A stretch of 64,000 bases of DNA from an uncultured Armatimonadetes bacterium (GCA_963717145.1 OY970325.1:4544001-4608000), one strand, 5' to 3'. Shown: positions 9,893-19,439, counted from the first letter of the stretch. The notes: generated by a model from the sequence alone, not told the origin. Numbers and translations: made by a program.

Positions 9893-12696
9893 CTAGAACT
9901 CCACGGTGAACCGTGCGAAGTCCGAGGAACTCGTGAAGCTCGTCGATCGGGTGACGTACTGCCTGAGCCTGATCTGCCTCGCGGACGAGATGAAGTTCGC
10001 AGGCGAGGTGGTGTTCCAGGAGACAGTCACGTCGGACGTGCCGACGGTTCGGGCGTCGATCTGCGTCCAGGTTGAAGTCGAGAAGTTGTACAGATACAAC
10101 GTCTGGTTCAAGCTGGCCGAGAGCTTGCCATCGAACGTGATGGTCAGCTTCGTAATGCTGGCCGGCGCTTCCGCAATGGTCACGGAGCTGTACCAGTCAA
10201 CATAGCGCGTGCTGCCGACCTTCTGGGCAGTGATCACCAGGTAGGACGCGTCATTGGCGGCGAGGTTGGCGTAGAGCCCGAAGTCACCGTCCCTCTCGTC
10301 ATGGTGATCGCCGTCGGAGCGTAGTTCTTCGATGTGACTCCGGGAGTCGTGGCCTGAGCCGGGGCGCTCTGGGCGCTCTCGTTCAAGGCCGCGTCGTATG
10401 CGCTCACCGTGTAGCTGTAGGTGGTGTTCGGCGAGCAGGTCGCGTCGGAGTACGAGTTGGTCGGACTCGTGCCGATCTGCACGCTGTTCCGGAAGACCTT
10501 GTAACCGGTCACGCCGACATTGTCCGTAGATGCGGTCCACGCGAGGTTGACCGTCGTCTGGGATATCGGCGTGGCACTCAGGTTGGTCGGCACGGTCGGC
10601 GCCTGGGTGTCACCGGCCTGGTACACCAGCTTCACCGCGTCGGCCATGATGTTCAGAGCTGACTCGCCGGTGCCATTGTGCACCTTGATGGAGCCGGCGG
10701 TACCGACGAGGAACGGCCTGTTGCTGGAGATGAGGTTCCACACCCCGCCGCTGACCTTCTGATTGACGTATGTTGTCGCGGAGCCGCCGTTATAGTAGAC
10801 AATATAGGGTGCAGCTGCCGAGCGGTTCGATCCCGCCGGATACCAGACGTAGGCGTTGTAGTTGCCGGCGGTGATGATGGTCGGTGTCCACCTGGCCGAC
10901 TTGGTCTCGCTGGCGGCGGTGGTGCAGTAGTAGTAGTTGCTGCCGTACTTGTCAGTAGCGGATGTACCCGTCGTCCAACTGCCGACCAGTGTGCATGCCG
11001 GGTTGTCGATGATGATATCCGCGACCGTGTCATTGGCGGCGGTGAGGAATGTGTTGTCACCGGACGTCTGCAGGTTACCCGCACCGTCTCTGCTCAGCAC
11101 TCGGTAGTGATAGGTCGTGCTCGCGCTCAGGTTGGTGAGCTGAACGGTGTGAGCGGTGACGAGCGCCATGTCCTCTGTGGTGAAAGTACCGTAGGAGGTG
11201 TCCAGTCCGTATTCCACCTGGCTGGTAGCGCCCTCGTTCGTGTCCCAGAGAATCTGGGCGTTGGTCGCCTGGACATTGGCTGTCCGCACGTTCGATATCA
11301 CGGGCGGAGTCGTGTCCGTAAGCAGTGTGATATCGAGGTTTGTGACTTGTCCGGCCGCGATCGTAACAGGCACGTTAGCCGTGATGTAGCCCGGAGCAGT
11401 CACGTTGACCGTGTAGGAGCCGGTATTCAGGTCCACGAAACCGTAGAAGCCGGTCCCTGTGTTCTTTGTGCTCCTGCTCTGGACGGTGGCGGTCGCGGGA
11501 TAGACCGGCACTCCGCCCGCGTTCTTGATGTCACCCTTCAGCATGCCGAGAGTCGGCGCACTGAGCCACGGCAAGTCGGCCGGCGTAGCCTTGGTCGGGA
11601 ACGGGCCGCCTACCAGCGCGGCCTGAAGCCCCGGCTTGTCAGGTATGGACTGATAGCTGTACAGCCCCAGGCCGTGGAACCCATACGCGCGCGCCGATGC
11701 AATCTGCGGCAAGACGTTTCCGCTGGGGCTGAGGGAGGCATCCACCAATGGGTAGACATAGCGCCCATGCTGGTTGCCTACATAAGTGGCGCACCAGCTG
11801 TCGAATGTAGAATTGTTGCTCGTATAGGACATCGTGTGCGCGAAGTCCAGGTAGTGGTTCAACATCCAGTTATCCCAGTTCTGGAGATAACTGCTGTTCC
11901 CTGTGGCCGCCGAGTTCCAGACATCGGCGTTGAGGTTGCACATCGGCTTGACGGCCTTCATCTCCAGGTAGAGCCGCTTGACCAGGTTCGTGATCTGATC
12001 TCTACGCCAGTTCAGCCAGGTGGTGTCGCTGGAGGAGGGGTTCCCGCTTCGCCCGTACTCTGCATTGAACCTGGCGACGGACACGGGGTTGTAGCCCCAG
12101 TTGGTCTGTGGATATCTGATGTAGTCGAGGTTCAGTCCGTCCACATCGTAGTTGTTGACGATCTCCATGAAGACACTGATGAGGTAGTCTTCGACCGCCG
12201 GGACTCCCGGATCGAGGTTGACGATGCCGCCGTAGTCCCAGGCGCCCGTGTCGCTGTACATGAGCCAGTCCTGAGCCGGGTCGGTGTTCCCCGGGCCGTG
12301 TGTCCACCAGATATGCTCCGGTGTCATGTGCCCTGGACCGGTGACCGTCGTCCAGATTCGCCAGGTAACCAGCCATGGTTGGACCTGGATGCCGAGCGGG
12401 TGCGCCTTTGAAATCAGGTCGGCGAGGGAGTCGAACCCGGCGGGCGATGGCGCCACGCCTGTGCCGGGCGGTTCGATCGTAGAATTGTAGTATGCGTCGC
12501 ACCTGAGTCTGAGTTCGGGAATGACGCAGTTGAGATTGCAGGAGTCTGCATAGTTGACATACGCCGTGACGGCCGCGGCACTCTCGAATGCCGATCCCCA
12601 TGCTGTTGCCTCAATGGATCGGAATTCCTGGGCCTGGCAAGCTGCGGACAGAACGAGCAGCATGGCCAGGCATAGCATTACCTTGAACCTTAGCAT
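9893..12696 (-). CDS. secreted GHL10 (DUF187) glycoside hydrolase-like protein with carboxypeptidase-regulatory-like, FN3 and golvesin-like modules; frameshift near 10275
   Basis: Signal peptide; CDAYY, LDPGVPAV, YDVDGLNLDYIRY; DTQAPTVPTNL..WTASTDNVGVTGY FN3. The reading continues as YANLAANDASY...TVEF in another frame if one base is added at ~10275. Confidence 0.8.
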
Positions 12697-12926
12697 TCTG
12701 TGCTCCTTTCGGACTTCTTAGGGTGGAAGCCTCGATCAATGTCCCGTCAAGCACACGACGAACGCCGACGCTCAGCAGGAGCGCTGGCTAGCGTGTATCA
12801 TGATGCTTTCCGGGCCGCAATCATCGCCCAAACTTCAGGGAAACACCCCCTTACCGGTACGGTGGTGGCCGTCCGGTAGAATCCGGCCGCACTTCGATGC
12901 GATTTGGAGCGCAGACTCCTAATCGC

Positions 12927-12955
12927 AATATACCGCCATATCGAGGGGTTGTCAA
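12927..12955 (-). promoter_or_regulatory. sigma70-type promoter of the GHL10 gene (~225-nt leader)
   Basis: Minus strand TTGACA (12955-12950), N17, TATATT (12932-12927). Confidence 0.65.
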
Positions 12956-12971
12956 TGGGAAATGTGGAGTG

Positions 12972-13143
12972 GGGTGCATTTCCGCAGAGTGGGCTAGCCT
13001 CTCGTTATGCCACCAGAGTGGCTACTCGAGGAGAACGGTTGGGTGGTATGCCAGTGTTTCCAAACCCCAACCGTCTAGTCTCGAGTAGCCACTCTGGTGG
13101 CATAACGAGAGACGGTCGCCACCCACTCAGCTCGAATACACCC
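12972..13143. mobile_element. 172-bp MITE with ISKra4-like termini and 9-bp target duplication
   Basis: TGTGGAGTG at 12963-12971 and 13144-13152; ends GGGTGCATTTCCGCAGAGTGGG and CCCACTCAGCTCGAATACACCC resemble the IRs of the IS at 22901-24333; internal perfect 32-bp inverted repeat (12999-13030/13080-13111). Confidence 0.85.
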
Positions 13144-13167
13144 TGTGGAGTGGGGAACGGGGAACTG

Positions 13168-13205
13168 GCGCTGCAGGGGCGGCACAAGGCACGCCCCTGC
13201 AGCGC
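13168..13205. repeat. REP-like hairpin, possible terminator of the 13213 gene
   Basis: GCGCTGCAGGGGCG...CGCCCCTGCAGCGC; its core GGCGGCACAAGGCACGCCCC recurs at ~19416-19435. Confidence 0.6.
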
Positions 13206-13212
13206 TCATGGC

Positions 13213-15757
13213 CTAGTACTTCGTGTCGAACACCGTCAGCGAGTAAGCCGGGACCTTGTAGGTGAGTACCATCGATGACGACACCTGAATGGTCGTCTTG
13301 CGCTTCAATGTTACCTTGTCCGCTGTCTCATTGTCCGCGTTCAGGGATGCTGCCGTCATCTCGTAGACAGCCACCAGCCTTTTCCACGTCCTGGGCAGGC
13401 TGATCTTCACGCTCTCGGCCTTCTCCGTCCGGTTGACCAGAATGAGCGACCCTTCCTGAGGACTAGCCCCGCCGAATCCGTAGGCGCATATCCCCCCATA
13501 TGTGCTCGTCGTCTCGAGCACATACTGCTTGCTGTGATCGTGGACCGCCTGGAACGCCCATCCGCTGGGCCTGAGACGCGGCTTGTCCGGTGGGCCAACG
13601 ATCAAGCAGAACGGATCGTAGTACGGGTAGTACGGCTGGTGGTATATCGCCGAATCCCACCCGGACCGGAGAATCTGACAGAGCCCTATCGCGGTCCGCA
13701 GCCCGCCTGCCAGGGTTCGGATCGGATCCGTAGGCGTACCTGTTGCGTTCCACTCCGTCAGGGCGATCCTCTTGTTCGGGAATCGCTGGCGCAGATCATT
13801 GAAGCGGTCGGTAAGGATATCGACTGTCCAGAGCATGGAAGTGGCTGGCGCGTATGTCTGTCCTGGGACCATGGTAGTGGAGATAGTCAGGCCGGGGTAG
13901 CTGTGCCACGCTATGCCATCGAACAGCGCAGGGTTCTGTTCTGTGACTTCCAGGAAATCCTTCGCGAATCCATCATTTCCGGATTCAACATACAACTCAG
14001 CGCCCGCGTCGGCAATGACAGGATAGAACGCCTGCATCGCCTCCAGATAGCCGCTCGGACTTACAGCGATGGACACGTAGGATTCGACAGGCGACTCCCC
14101 GGTGTAGCCACCGGATTGATGCGCGATCCGGATCCAATATAGCGCCTGATTGGAGAGGCTGTTGTCTCCGGAGATGTCAGCGATCGACGCTCGTGTCCAG
14201 TTCTCCAGGGCCGTGTCGTCCCACTCCATGAAGTTCCAGTCACCGGAACTGATCATATTGTGTGCGGACGCAGGGTACTCATTCGTGAACGGGCAATAAG
14301 GGACATCGCCGAATCGGACCCATTGCGCACCGTTCCAGTACTCCCAGCCCAACGCTTTGTCCCCGGAAACCTTTGCGCCGTTTGCCAGGACGTAAGCCAA
14401 TGCGTGGAAACGCCACCTTTCCCCGATATAGAGGTAATCGCCAGGCGCGAAATCGAGGCGGTAGTTGTAAACCGGATAGTAGTTGCCCAGATACTGCCAG
14501 TCGGCTGGGTTCAACTGCTTCAGGTACGTGTTGTTGCCGTTCCCGATCTGCACATACCCATTGGTGGCAGGACGATAGTACCAGCCCTCGGTCGCCGCCT
14601 TGTAGAGGCACACTTCGTTGCCGAGTTCATAGATAGTCCTCAGCCCGGTCTGCCCGCTGGGCCGGGGGTAGAGTTCGTTGAACTGGACGAGGCCTGCTGA
14701 TTCCTCGGGTCGCCAATCCGAACCCTTCTCGCCGAACATGTTGAGGACGCATACCATCAGGGGATCCGTTTGGCCCGCCATCGCAAAGAGCTGCTCGGGC
14801 ATGCTGGCGCCGGGCGGGTCCGCGGGCTCACGCTTGTACATGAGGTTGGGCCAATGGTGGTCCCAGTTGATATATGGCTGAAGGAACGCGCGCCCCGTGG
14901 CAAAGCCTACCTGCTTCACCAATGCGTTGACCTTGGGATAGTCGGTTGTCCACCCCCAGTTGTAGTTGCCCAGTTGACCGCCGAAGCAATCCGGATTCAC
15001 GAGCCGTTGAATGTTCGACTTCACGGTCACCGTGCGCGCCGGCTCCGTTCCGACCTCTGCGAAGGTCGTGCCGATTGCCACATCATCGAGAAGTATACTG
15101 CCAGTGAAGCGCGTTCCATCCCAACCGTATGGCATTCCGATAAGCAGTTCGTCTATCAGCCTGCTGTCGGTGTCGAAGTTGTTGGTGTATATGCAGACTC
15201 CATCAACCCATATCTTGAGGTAGCCCTGAGGGCCTTTGTTGATGCCGAGCACCAATCGCGACCACTTCTCCGGCCACCAGTAAGCCCCGGGATAGTGCTC
15301 GATCGCGGATGCCGTCATGTTCGTGATAAAGGTCATCTGCCGGGTGTCGATCAGTCTGACCTTCGCGTCAATCTGTCCGCCCGACATCAGCCGGACAAGG
15401 TCCATCTGCGACTGCATCCCGGAGACCGAAGTGAACTTCCGAGTGAAGCCGATGTAAAGGGTCCCGCTGCCCTGAAGTGAATGACCGCTTGATATAGGTG
15501 AGTCCGTAGCCTCCCGCAGACTTGGCGCAGAGACAGTTCCCATTGACTCCCGGTGTAAGTGATACCGTGCCGCCGCCGGCTTGCACATAGGACCAACCGG
15601 GATGCTTCGCCATGATGCCGTCGAGTGTAGACGCATCATCGAAGGTCAGGAGTTCGCCTCCTGCAGAGGCTCCGGCGATTGTCAGTAGCACGTATGTGAG
15701 CAGCGACAACTGTTGCCATATGCTGCGAGTTTTCAGTATGCTTCGATTATATTCCAT
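13213..15757 (-). CDS. secreted clan GH-A-like glycoside hydrolase (GH51/GH79-like, arabinofuranosidase-type C-terminal beta-sandwich); frameshift at ~15471
   Basis: Signal peptide in ORF 15368..15775 joins ORF 13213..15639 (YIKRSFTSG|SGTLYIG) if one G of GGG is removed; YELGNE and ALTEWN catalytic-like motifs; C-terminal VPAYSLTV; GGAGG before ATG 15757. Confidence 0.65.
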
Positions 15758-15889
15758 TGGTGACCACCTCCACATAGCCGTATACCCAGTATGGCCGAAT
15801 CCCGATCACCCGCGGCGGGATGTTTTTTCACCAACACAAAGCCGGGCATTCACGAAGGTCACTCATTCGCCGGCTCCGCTCACATTGCC

Positions 15890-15918
15890 TTGACAGCAAG
15901 CGCATAAGAGGCTATAAT
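15890..15918 (+). promoter_or_regulatory. consensus sigma70 promoter of the ASCH gene
   Basis: TTGACA (15890-15895), N17, TATAAT (15913-15918). Confidence 0.85.
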
Positions 15919-15977
15919 TCCGTGTACATGTCGGTAGCTTAGCAGGCCGACAACGTCATTTTGAGGAGATCCGGCGC

Positions 15978-16325
15978 ATGTTTGCGATCAACTTCTATTC
16001 CGAAGCGTACGCCGATATGCTGAGGTCCGGCCGAAAGACCGCCACGATCCGTCTCGGCGATAAGAGCGATAAGTACCGATCCGGGCAGTTGGTCTGGGTG
16101 ACGGTCGGCAGGCGATATGGCGCCCGGCAGAAGATCTTCACTGCCATCATAGACAGCGTCATCGTGAAATCCGCCTCTGACCTCACTCCGCGTGAGATCG
16201 AGAAGGAGAGCCCCGAACTGCGCCGTGTCGAAGAAGTCATCAACCTTCTCGGCCGCATCTACGACCGTCCTGTGGCGGCCGACGACCCCGTCACGATCGT
16301 ACAGTTCTCCCGCGTCATGGAGTGA
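15978..16325 (+). CDS. ASCH domain-containing protein
   Basis: SGRKTATIR matches the ASCH GxKxxTxR signature; GAGGAG RBS; 115 aa. Confidence 0.85.
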   Translation: MFAINFYSEAYADMLRSGRKTATIRLGDKSDKYRSGQLVWVTVGRRYGARQKIFTAIIDSVIVKSASDLTPREIEKESPELRRVEEVINLLGRIYDRPVAADDPVTIVQFSRVME

Positions 16326-16403
16326 TCAGTCACTCGGTTTTCAGTCATCAGTCATCAGCTGTCAGTGGGAAGCTGCACTGATAACTGATGACTGACCACT
16401 GAA
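16326..16403. repeat. heptamer-based palindrome (TCAGTCA)n ... (TGACTGA)n
   Basis: tcagtcatcagtcatcagctgtcagtg ... cactgataactgatgactgaccactga. Confidence 0.7.
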
Positions 16404-16411
16404 GACTGCCC

Positions 16412-16451
16412 AAAAAGAAACCCCGTCGGCGGAGCGTTCCGTCCGACGGGG
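16412..16451 (-). terminator. Rho-independent terminator of a minus-strand transcript
   Basis: Minus strand CCCCGTCGGACGGAACGCTCCGCCGACGGGG followed by TTTCTTTTT; the U-tract is on the minus strand only. Confidence 0.8.
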
Positions 16452-16561
16452 CATCGGGAGGTTCAGGGGATCATCCGTATCCGGTGGCCTGGATCGGCAA
16501 CCCCCTGGATGGGACCATGTCCCTCTCGAAAAGGAGAAGAAGATGTTTGCGATCAGTTCTA
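16412..16561 (-). ncRNA. candidate ~150-nt sRNA complementary to the ASCH mRNA translation start
   Basis: Bounded by an ECF-like promoter and a minus-strand terminator, with no credible ORF; contains the complement of ATGTTTGCGATCA and AGGAGA of the ASCH gene. Confidence 0.55.
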
Positions 16562-16566
16562 CTTCT

Positions 16567-16594
16567 CATACGGCGAACAGTCCTCGGAAGTTCC
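16567..16594 (-). promoter_or_regulatory. ECF-sigma-like promoter
   Basis: Minus strand GGAACT (16594-16589), N16, CGTATG (16572-16567). Confidence 0.5.
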
Positions 16595-16600
16595 CGGCGG

Positions 16601-16629
16601 TTGACAAAAGGTCCTTGAGGTGGTATACT
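16601..16629 (+). promoter_or_regulatory. sigma70 promoter P1 upstream of the tRNA cluster
   Basis: TTGACA, N17, TATACT with TG extension. Confidence 0.8.
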
Positions 16630-16654
16630 GCGAGCGTGCGATAGGCCGAATCTG

Positions 16655-16678
16655 ACAGGTGGAGACACCTGTTTTTTT
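16655..16678 (+). terminator. intrinsic terminator between P1 and P2
   Basis: ACAGGTG-GAGA-CACCTGT followed by a T run. Confidence 0.65.
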
Positions 16679-16680
16679 GG

Positions 16681-16709
16681 TTGACACCAAGCTCGCAGCC
16701 TGATATACT
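16681..16709 (+). promoter_or_regulatory. sigma70 promoter P2 of the tRNA cluster
   Basis: TTGACA (16681-16686), N17, TATACT (16704-16709). Confidence 0.85.
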
Positions 16710-16741
16710 TTGGCTTGTGCTCAGCTTGGTGGCGCGAGAGC

Positions 16742-16817
16742 GGGCGAATAGCTCAGTTGGGAGAGCGCTTCCCTTACAAGGAAGATGTCGGGGGTTCAAG
16801 TCCCTCTTCGCCCACCA
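16742..16817 (+). tRNA. tRNA-Val(TAC)
   Basis: GGGCGAA/TTCGCCC acceptor stem, CTTCC-CTTACAA-GGAAG anticodon arm, GTTCAA T-loop, CCA end. Confidence 0.97.
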
Positions 16818-16829
16818 GGGAAGCACAGG

Positions 16830-16910
16830 GAAGTACAAAGTACCTGAGTACAAAGAACAAAGACTCTGTCGGCGAGGGCCGGCTCGTCTTTGTACTTTGT
16901 ACTTAGTACT
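16830..16910. repeat. heptamer palindrome (AAGTACA)n ... (TGTACTT)n in tRNA spacer
   Basis: aagtacaaagtacctgagtacaaag ... ctttgtactttgtacttagtact. Confidence 0.7.
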
Positions 16911-16916
16911 GCACGT

Positions 16917-16994
16917 GGGGGTGTAGCTCAGTTGGTTTAGAGCGCCTGCCTGTCACGTAGGAGGTCGCGGGTTCGAGTCCCGTCATCCCCGCCA
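16917..16994 (+). tRNA. tRNA-Asp(GTC)
   Basis: GGGGGTG/CATCCCC acceptor stem, CTGTCAC anticodon loop, GTTCGA T-loop, CCA end. Confidence 0.97.
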
Positions 16995-17000
16995 TGTTTC

Positions 17001-17087
17001 AAGTACAAAGATGGGAAGTACAGAGTACAAAGACAAACCGGCCCTCGGTCCGGGTCTTTGTACTTTGTACTTCCGTACTTTGTACTC
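17001..17087. repeat. heptamer palindrome (AAGTACA)n ... (TGTACTT)n in tRNA spacer
   Basis: aagtacaaag..aagtacagagtacaaagac ... gtctttgtactttgtacttccgtactttgtact. Confidence 0.7.
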
Positions 17088-17094
17088 CAAGTGG

Positions 17095-17170
17095 GCCGGG
17101 ATAGCTCAGCTGGTAGAGCAGTGGACTGAAAATCCACGTGTCCCCAGTTCAATTCTGGGTCCCGGCACCA
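17095..17170 (+). tRNA. tRNA-Phe(GAA)
   Basis: GCCGGGA/TCCCGGC acceptor stem, GTGGA-CTGAAAA-TCCAC anticodon arm, CCA end. Confidence 0.97.
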
Positions 17171-17199
17171 GTCAAACGCCGTGACCGGCATTCCTACGA

Positions 17200-17275
17200 G
17201 CCGACGTAGCTCAGCTGGTAGAGCAGCGCATTCGTAATGCGCAGGTCGTCAGTTCGAACCTGACCGTCGGCTCCA
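17200..17275 (+). tRNA. tRNA-Thr(CGT)
   Basis: GCCGACG/CGTCGGC acceptor stem, CGCA-TTCGTAA-TGCG anticodon arm, CCA end. Confidence 0.97.
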
Positions 17276-17324
17276 TTTCATCTTCATCCTCTCTTGTGGT
17301 AAACTCTCACAGAGGTATCAGCCC

Positions 17325-18161
17325 TTGAGCAATAGTAAGTCCCGGATTCGAAAGGCCGTCATACCGGCCGCCGGTTATGGCACGCGTCTGCGCCCGCTGA
17401 CGAATATCGCTCCGAAGGAACTCCTGCCGCTCGGTTCGAAACCGGCCGCGCAGTTCATAGTCGAGGAGTTGCACGCCATCGGGATTGAGGATATTATATT
17501 CGTGGTGTCGCCGCACAAGGCGGGGATCCAGGAGTACTTCGGCCATGCCGCCTGCGGGGGCGACGTGCGCATCAGCTATGTCTTTCAGGAGACTCAGAAG
17601 GGCCTCGGGGATGCCATACTCCGGGCGGAAGACGCGGTCGAAGGCCAGGATTTTCTGGTCGCACTCGGCGATTCCGTCATCACTCACGGCGAGGGGGAGC
17701 TTCCGGTCAAGCGGCTGATCAGCGCGTACGAGTCGAATCCCGCATCCGCGGCGATCATCGTAGAGCGGGTGCCGATCGAGGATGCGCACAAGTATGGAAT
17801 GGTGACTCCGGTCGACAAGGCCGAGGGCGCTTTCGAGATATGCGACCTCGTCGAGAAGCCGAAGCCCGAGAACACGCCGAGCAACTGCGCGATCGCCGGG
17901 CGGTACATCTTCAAGCCTGAGATATTCGAATGGATCCGGCGAACTCCTCCCGGTTTCGGCGGGGAACTCCAGATCACGGATGCGATAAAACTCAGCATGC
18001 AGAACGGTGATCGAGTGTGGTGTGTCGTTCTTGGGGACGGCGAGAACCGGTATGACATTGGGAGCATCTCCACGTACTGCCAGGCATTCACGGCCATGTG
18101 CATGCTCGACTCGCAGTTGTCGCCGGTCGTTCGTCGGGTGGTGGAAGGCAAGGCAGGCTGA
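17325..18161 (+). CDS. galU: UTP--glucose-1-phosphate uridylyltransferase (GalU-like)
   Basis: KAVIPAAGYGTRLRP..PKELLP, GLGDAI, LVEKP, GELQITDAI. Confidence 0.8.
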   Translation: MSNSKSRIRKAVIPAAGYGTRLRPLTNIAPKELLPLGSKPAAQFIVEELHAIGIEDIIFVVSPHKAGIQEYFGHAACGGDVRISYVFQETQKGLGDAILRAEDAVEGQDFLVALGDSVITHGEGELPVKRLISAYESNPASAAIIVERVPIEDAHKYGMVTPVDKAEGAFEICDLVEKPKPENTPSNCAIAGRYIFKPEIFEWIRRTPPGFGGELQITDAIKLSMQNGDRVWCVVLGDGENRYDIGSISTYCQAFTAMCMLDSQLSPVVRRVVEGKAG

Positions 18162-19285
18162 TGCTCACGGAGGTCCGCGGGTTGAAAGTGCCGATGGCCG
18201 ATCTGAAGGGCCAATACGAATCGCTCAGGGATGGGATGGATGCCGCTGTCCTGGACGTGCTTCGGAACGGGCGGTTCATCCTCGGCGAGAACGTCAAGTC
18301 CCTGGAGCAGGAGATCGCGCGGTCCTGCGGCGCAGAGCACGGAATCGGCGTGGCCTCAGGGACCGACGCGCTGATCCTGGCGCTTTCCGCCGTCGGTGTG
18401 GGACCGGGTGATGAGGTCATCACCTCGCCGTTCACGTTCGTGGCCACAGTCGAGGCGATATGTCTCCTGGGCGCGCGACCGGTATTTGCCGACATAGACC
18501 CTCAGACGTTCAACCTGGATCCCGCCGCCGCGGAGCGAAAGATTACGGACAGGACGCGGGCCATCCTCCCGGTGCACCTCTATGGTCAGCCCGCCGACAT
18601 CAGGTCCCTTTCCCGGTTGGCCGAGAGCCACAACCTGCGCCTCGTCTGGGATGGCGCGCAGGCCATCGGCAGCGAGTATGACGGCAGGGGAGTCGGCGAC
18701 TATCCGGATGCCTTGACGCTCAGCTTCTACCCGACCAAGAACCTCGGTGGCGCCGGCGATGGAGGGATGATCGTCACAAATGACGGCGAGCTTGCGGAGA
18801 AGGTGCGGTATCTCAGATTCCACGGGAGCGCCGGCTCGTATTCCTACAAATACGTCGGCTACTGCAGCAGGCTCGATGAGATCCAGGCGGCGATCCTCCG
18901 GGTGAAGATGCCTCATCTCGATGCCTGGAACGAAGCCCGGCGTCGGAACGCGAGCGCGTATCGTGAGTTGCTGGAAGACCTGGGGATCGAGCTGCCGATC
19001 GCGGCCGCGAATTGCAAGCATACGTATCACCAGTTTACGATCAGATCAACGAGGCGCGACGAGCTGAAGAATTACCTGAAAAGCCTCGATATTGATACTG
19101 GGGTGTTCTACCCGACCCCGCTGCACCTGGAGGAAGCATATCGCTCTCTGGGGTGCACCGAGGGCGATTACCCGGAGGCCGAGAGAGCGTGCCGAGAAGT
19201 GCTCTCGCTCCCCGTTTTCCCGGAGTTGACCGCTGATCAACTTCAATGCGTCGCGTCGTCGATAAGGTCATTCCTGGAGCGGTAA
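18161..19285 (+). CDS. DegT/DnrJ/EryC1/StrS family PLP aminotransferase
   Basis: SGTDAL, PVHLYGQ, DGAQA, SFYPTKNLG, SRLDEIQAA; ATG overlaps the galU TGA. Confidence 0.93.
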   Translation: MLTEVRGLKVPMADLKGQYESLRDGMDAAVLDVLRNGRFILGENVKSLEQEIARSCGAEHGIGVASGTDALILALSAVGVGPGDEVITSPFTFVATVEAICLLGARPVFADIDPQTFNLDPAAAERKITDRTRAILPVHLYGQPADIRSLSRLAESHNLRLVWDGAQAIGSEYDGRGVGDYPDALTLSFYPTKNLGGAGDGGMIVTNDGELAEKVRYLRFHGSAGSYSYKYVGYCSRLDEIQAAILRVKMPHLDAWNEARRRNASAYRELLEDLGIELPIAAANCKHTYHQFTIRSTRRDELKNYLKSLDIDTGVFYPTPLHLEEAYRSLGCTEGDYPEAERACREVLSLPVFPELTADQLQCVASSIRSFLER

Positions 19286-19287
19286 GG

Positions 19288-19439
19288 CCGTAGGGGCGAT
19301 CCTTCCACGGTCGCCCGAATCATGTTGCAGCGCCGTAGGGGCGTGCCTCGTGCCGCCCGAACCATGACGTGACACCGTAGGGGCGTGCCTTGTGCCGCCC
19401 GATAAGACGGTTGCGGGCGGCACAAGGCACGCCCCTACG
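19288..19439. repeat. cluster of GTAG-type REP-like elements (3 direct, 1 inverted)
   Basis: CCGTAGGGGCG...CGCCCGA three times, then GGGCGGCACAAGGCACGCCCCTACG. Confidence 0.8.

Noticed and set aside
10678-12411. Long antisense or alternative-frame ORFs (e.g. 10678..12411, 42863..44575, 19320..20513, 49604..50803)
   Set aside because: They overlap well-supported genes, show no motifs, and are expected shadows in GC-rich DNA.
12700-12926. c-di-AMP or c-di-GMP riboswitch
   Set aside because: Hallmark conserved segments were not found by eye; kept only as an unassigned structured leader.
16412-16600. 6S RNA, SRP RNA, tmRNA or RNase P RNA
   Set aside because: No SRP GGAA..AGCAG motif, no tRNA-like ends, too short for RNase P, and no long end-to-end closing stem visible.
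16543-16644. Plus-strand 33-codon ORF (MFAISSTS...) with an AGGAGA RBS
   Set aside because: It diverges from ASCH after four codons and runs through the P1 promoter; the minus-strand promoter and terminator explain the region better, though it is not fully excluded.
16742-17275. tRNA cluster as an island integration site
   Set aside because: I saw no duplicated tRNA 3' end or integrase in the window.
19288-19439. Three direct repeats with short spacers resembling a mini CRISPR array
   Set aside because: Spacers are only ~13 nt, a fourth unit is inverted, units match GTAG REP elements elsewhere, and there are no cas genes.
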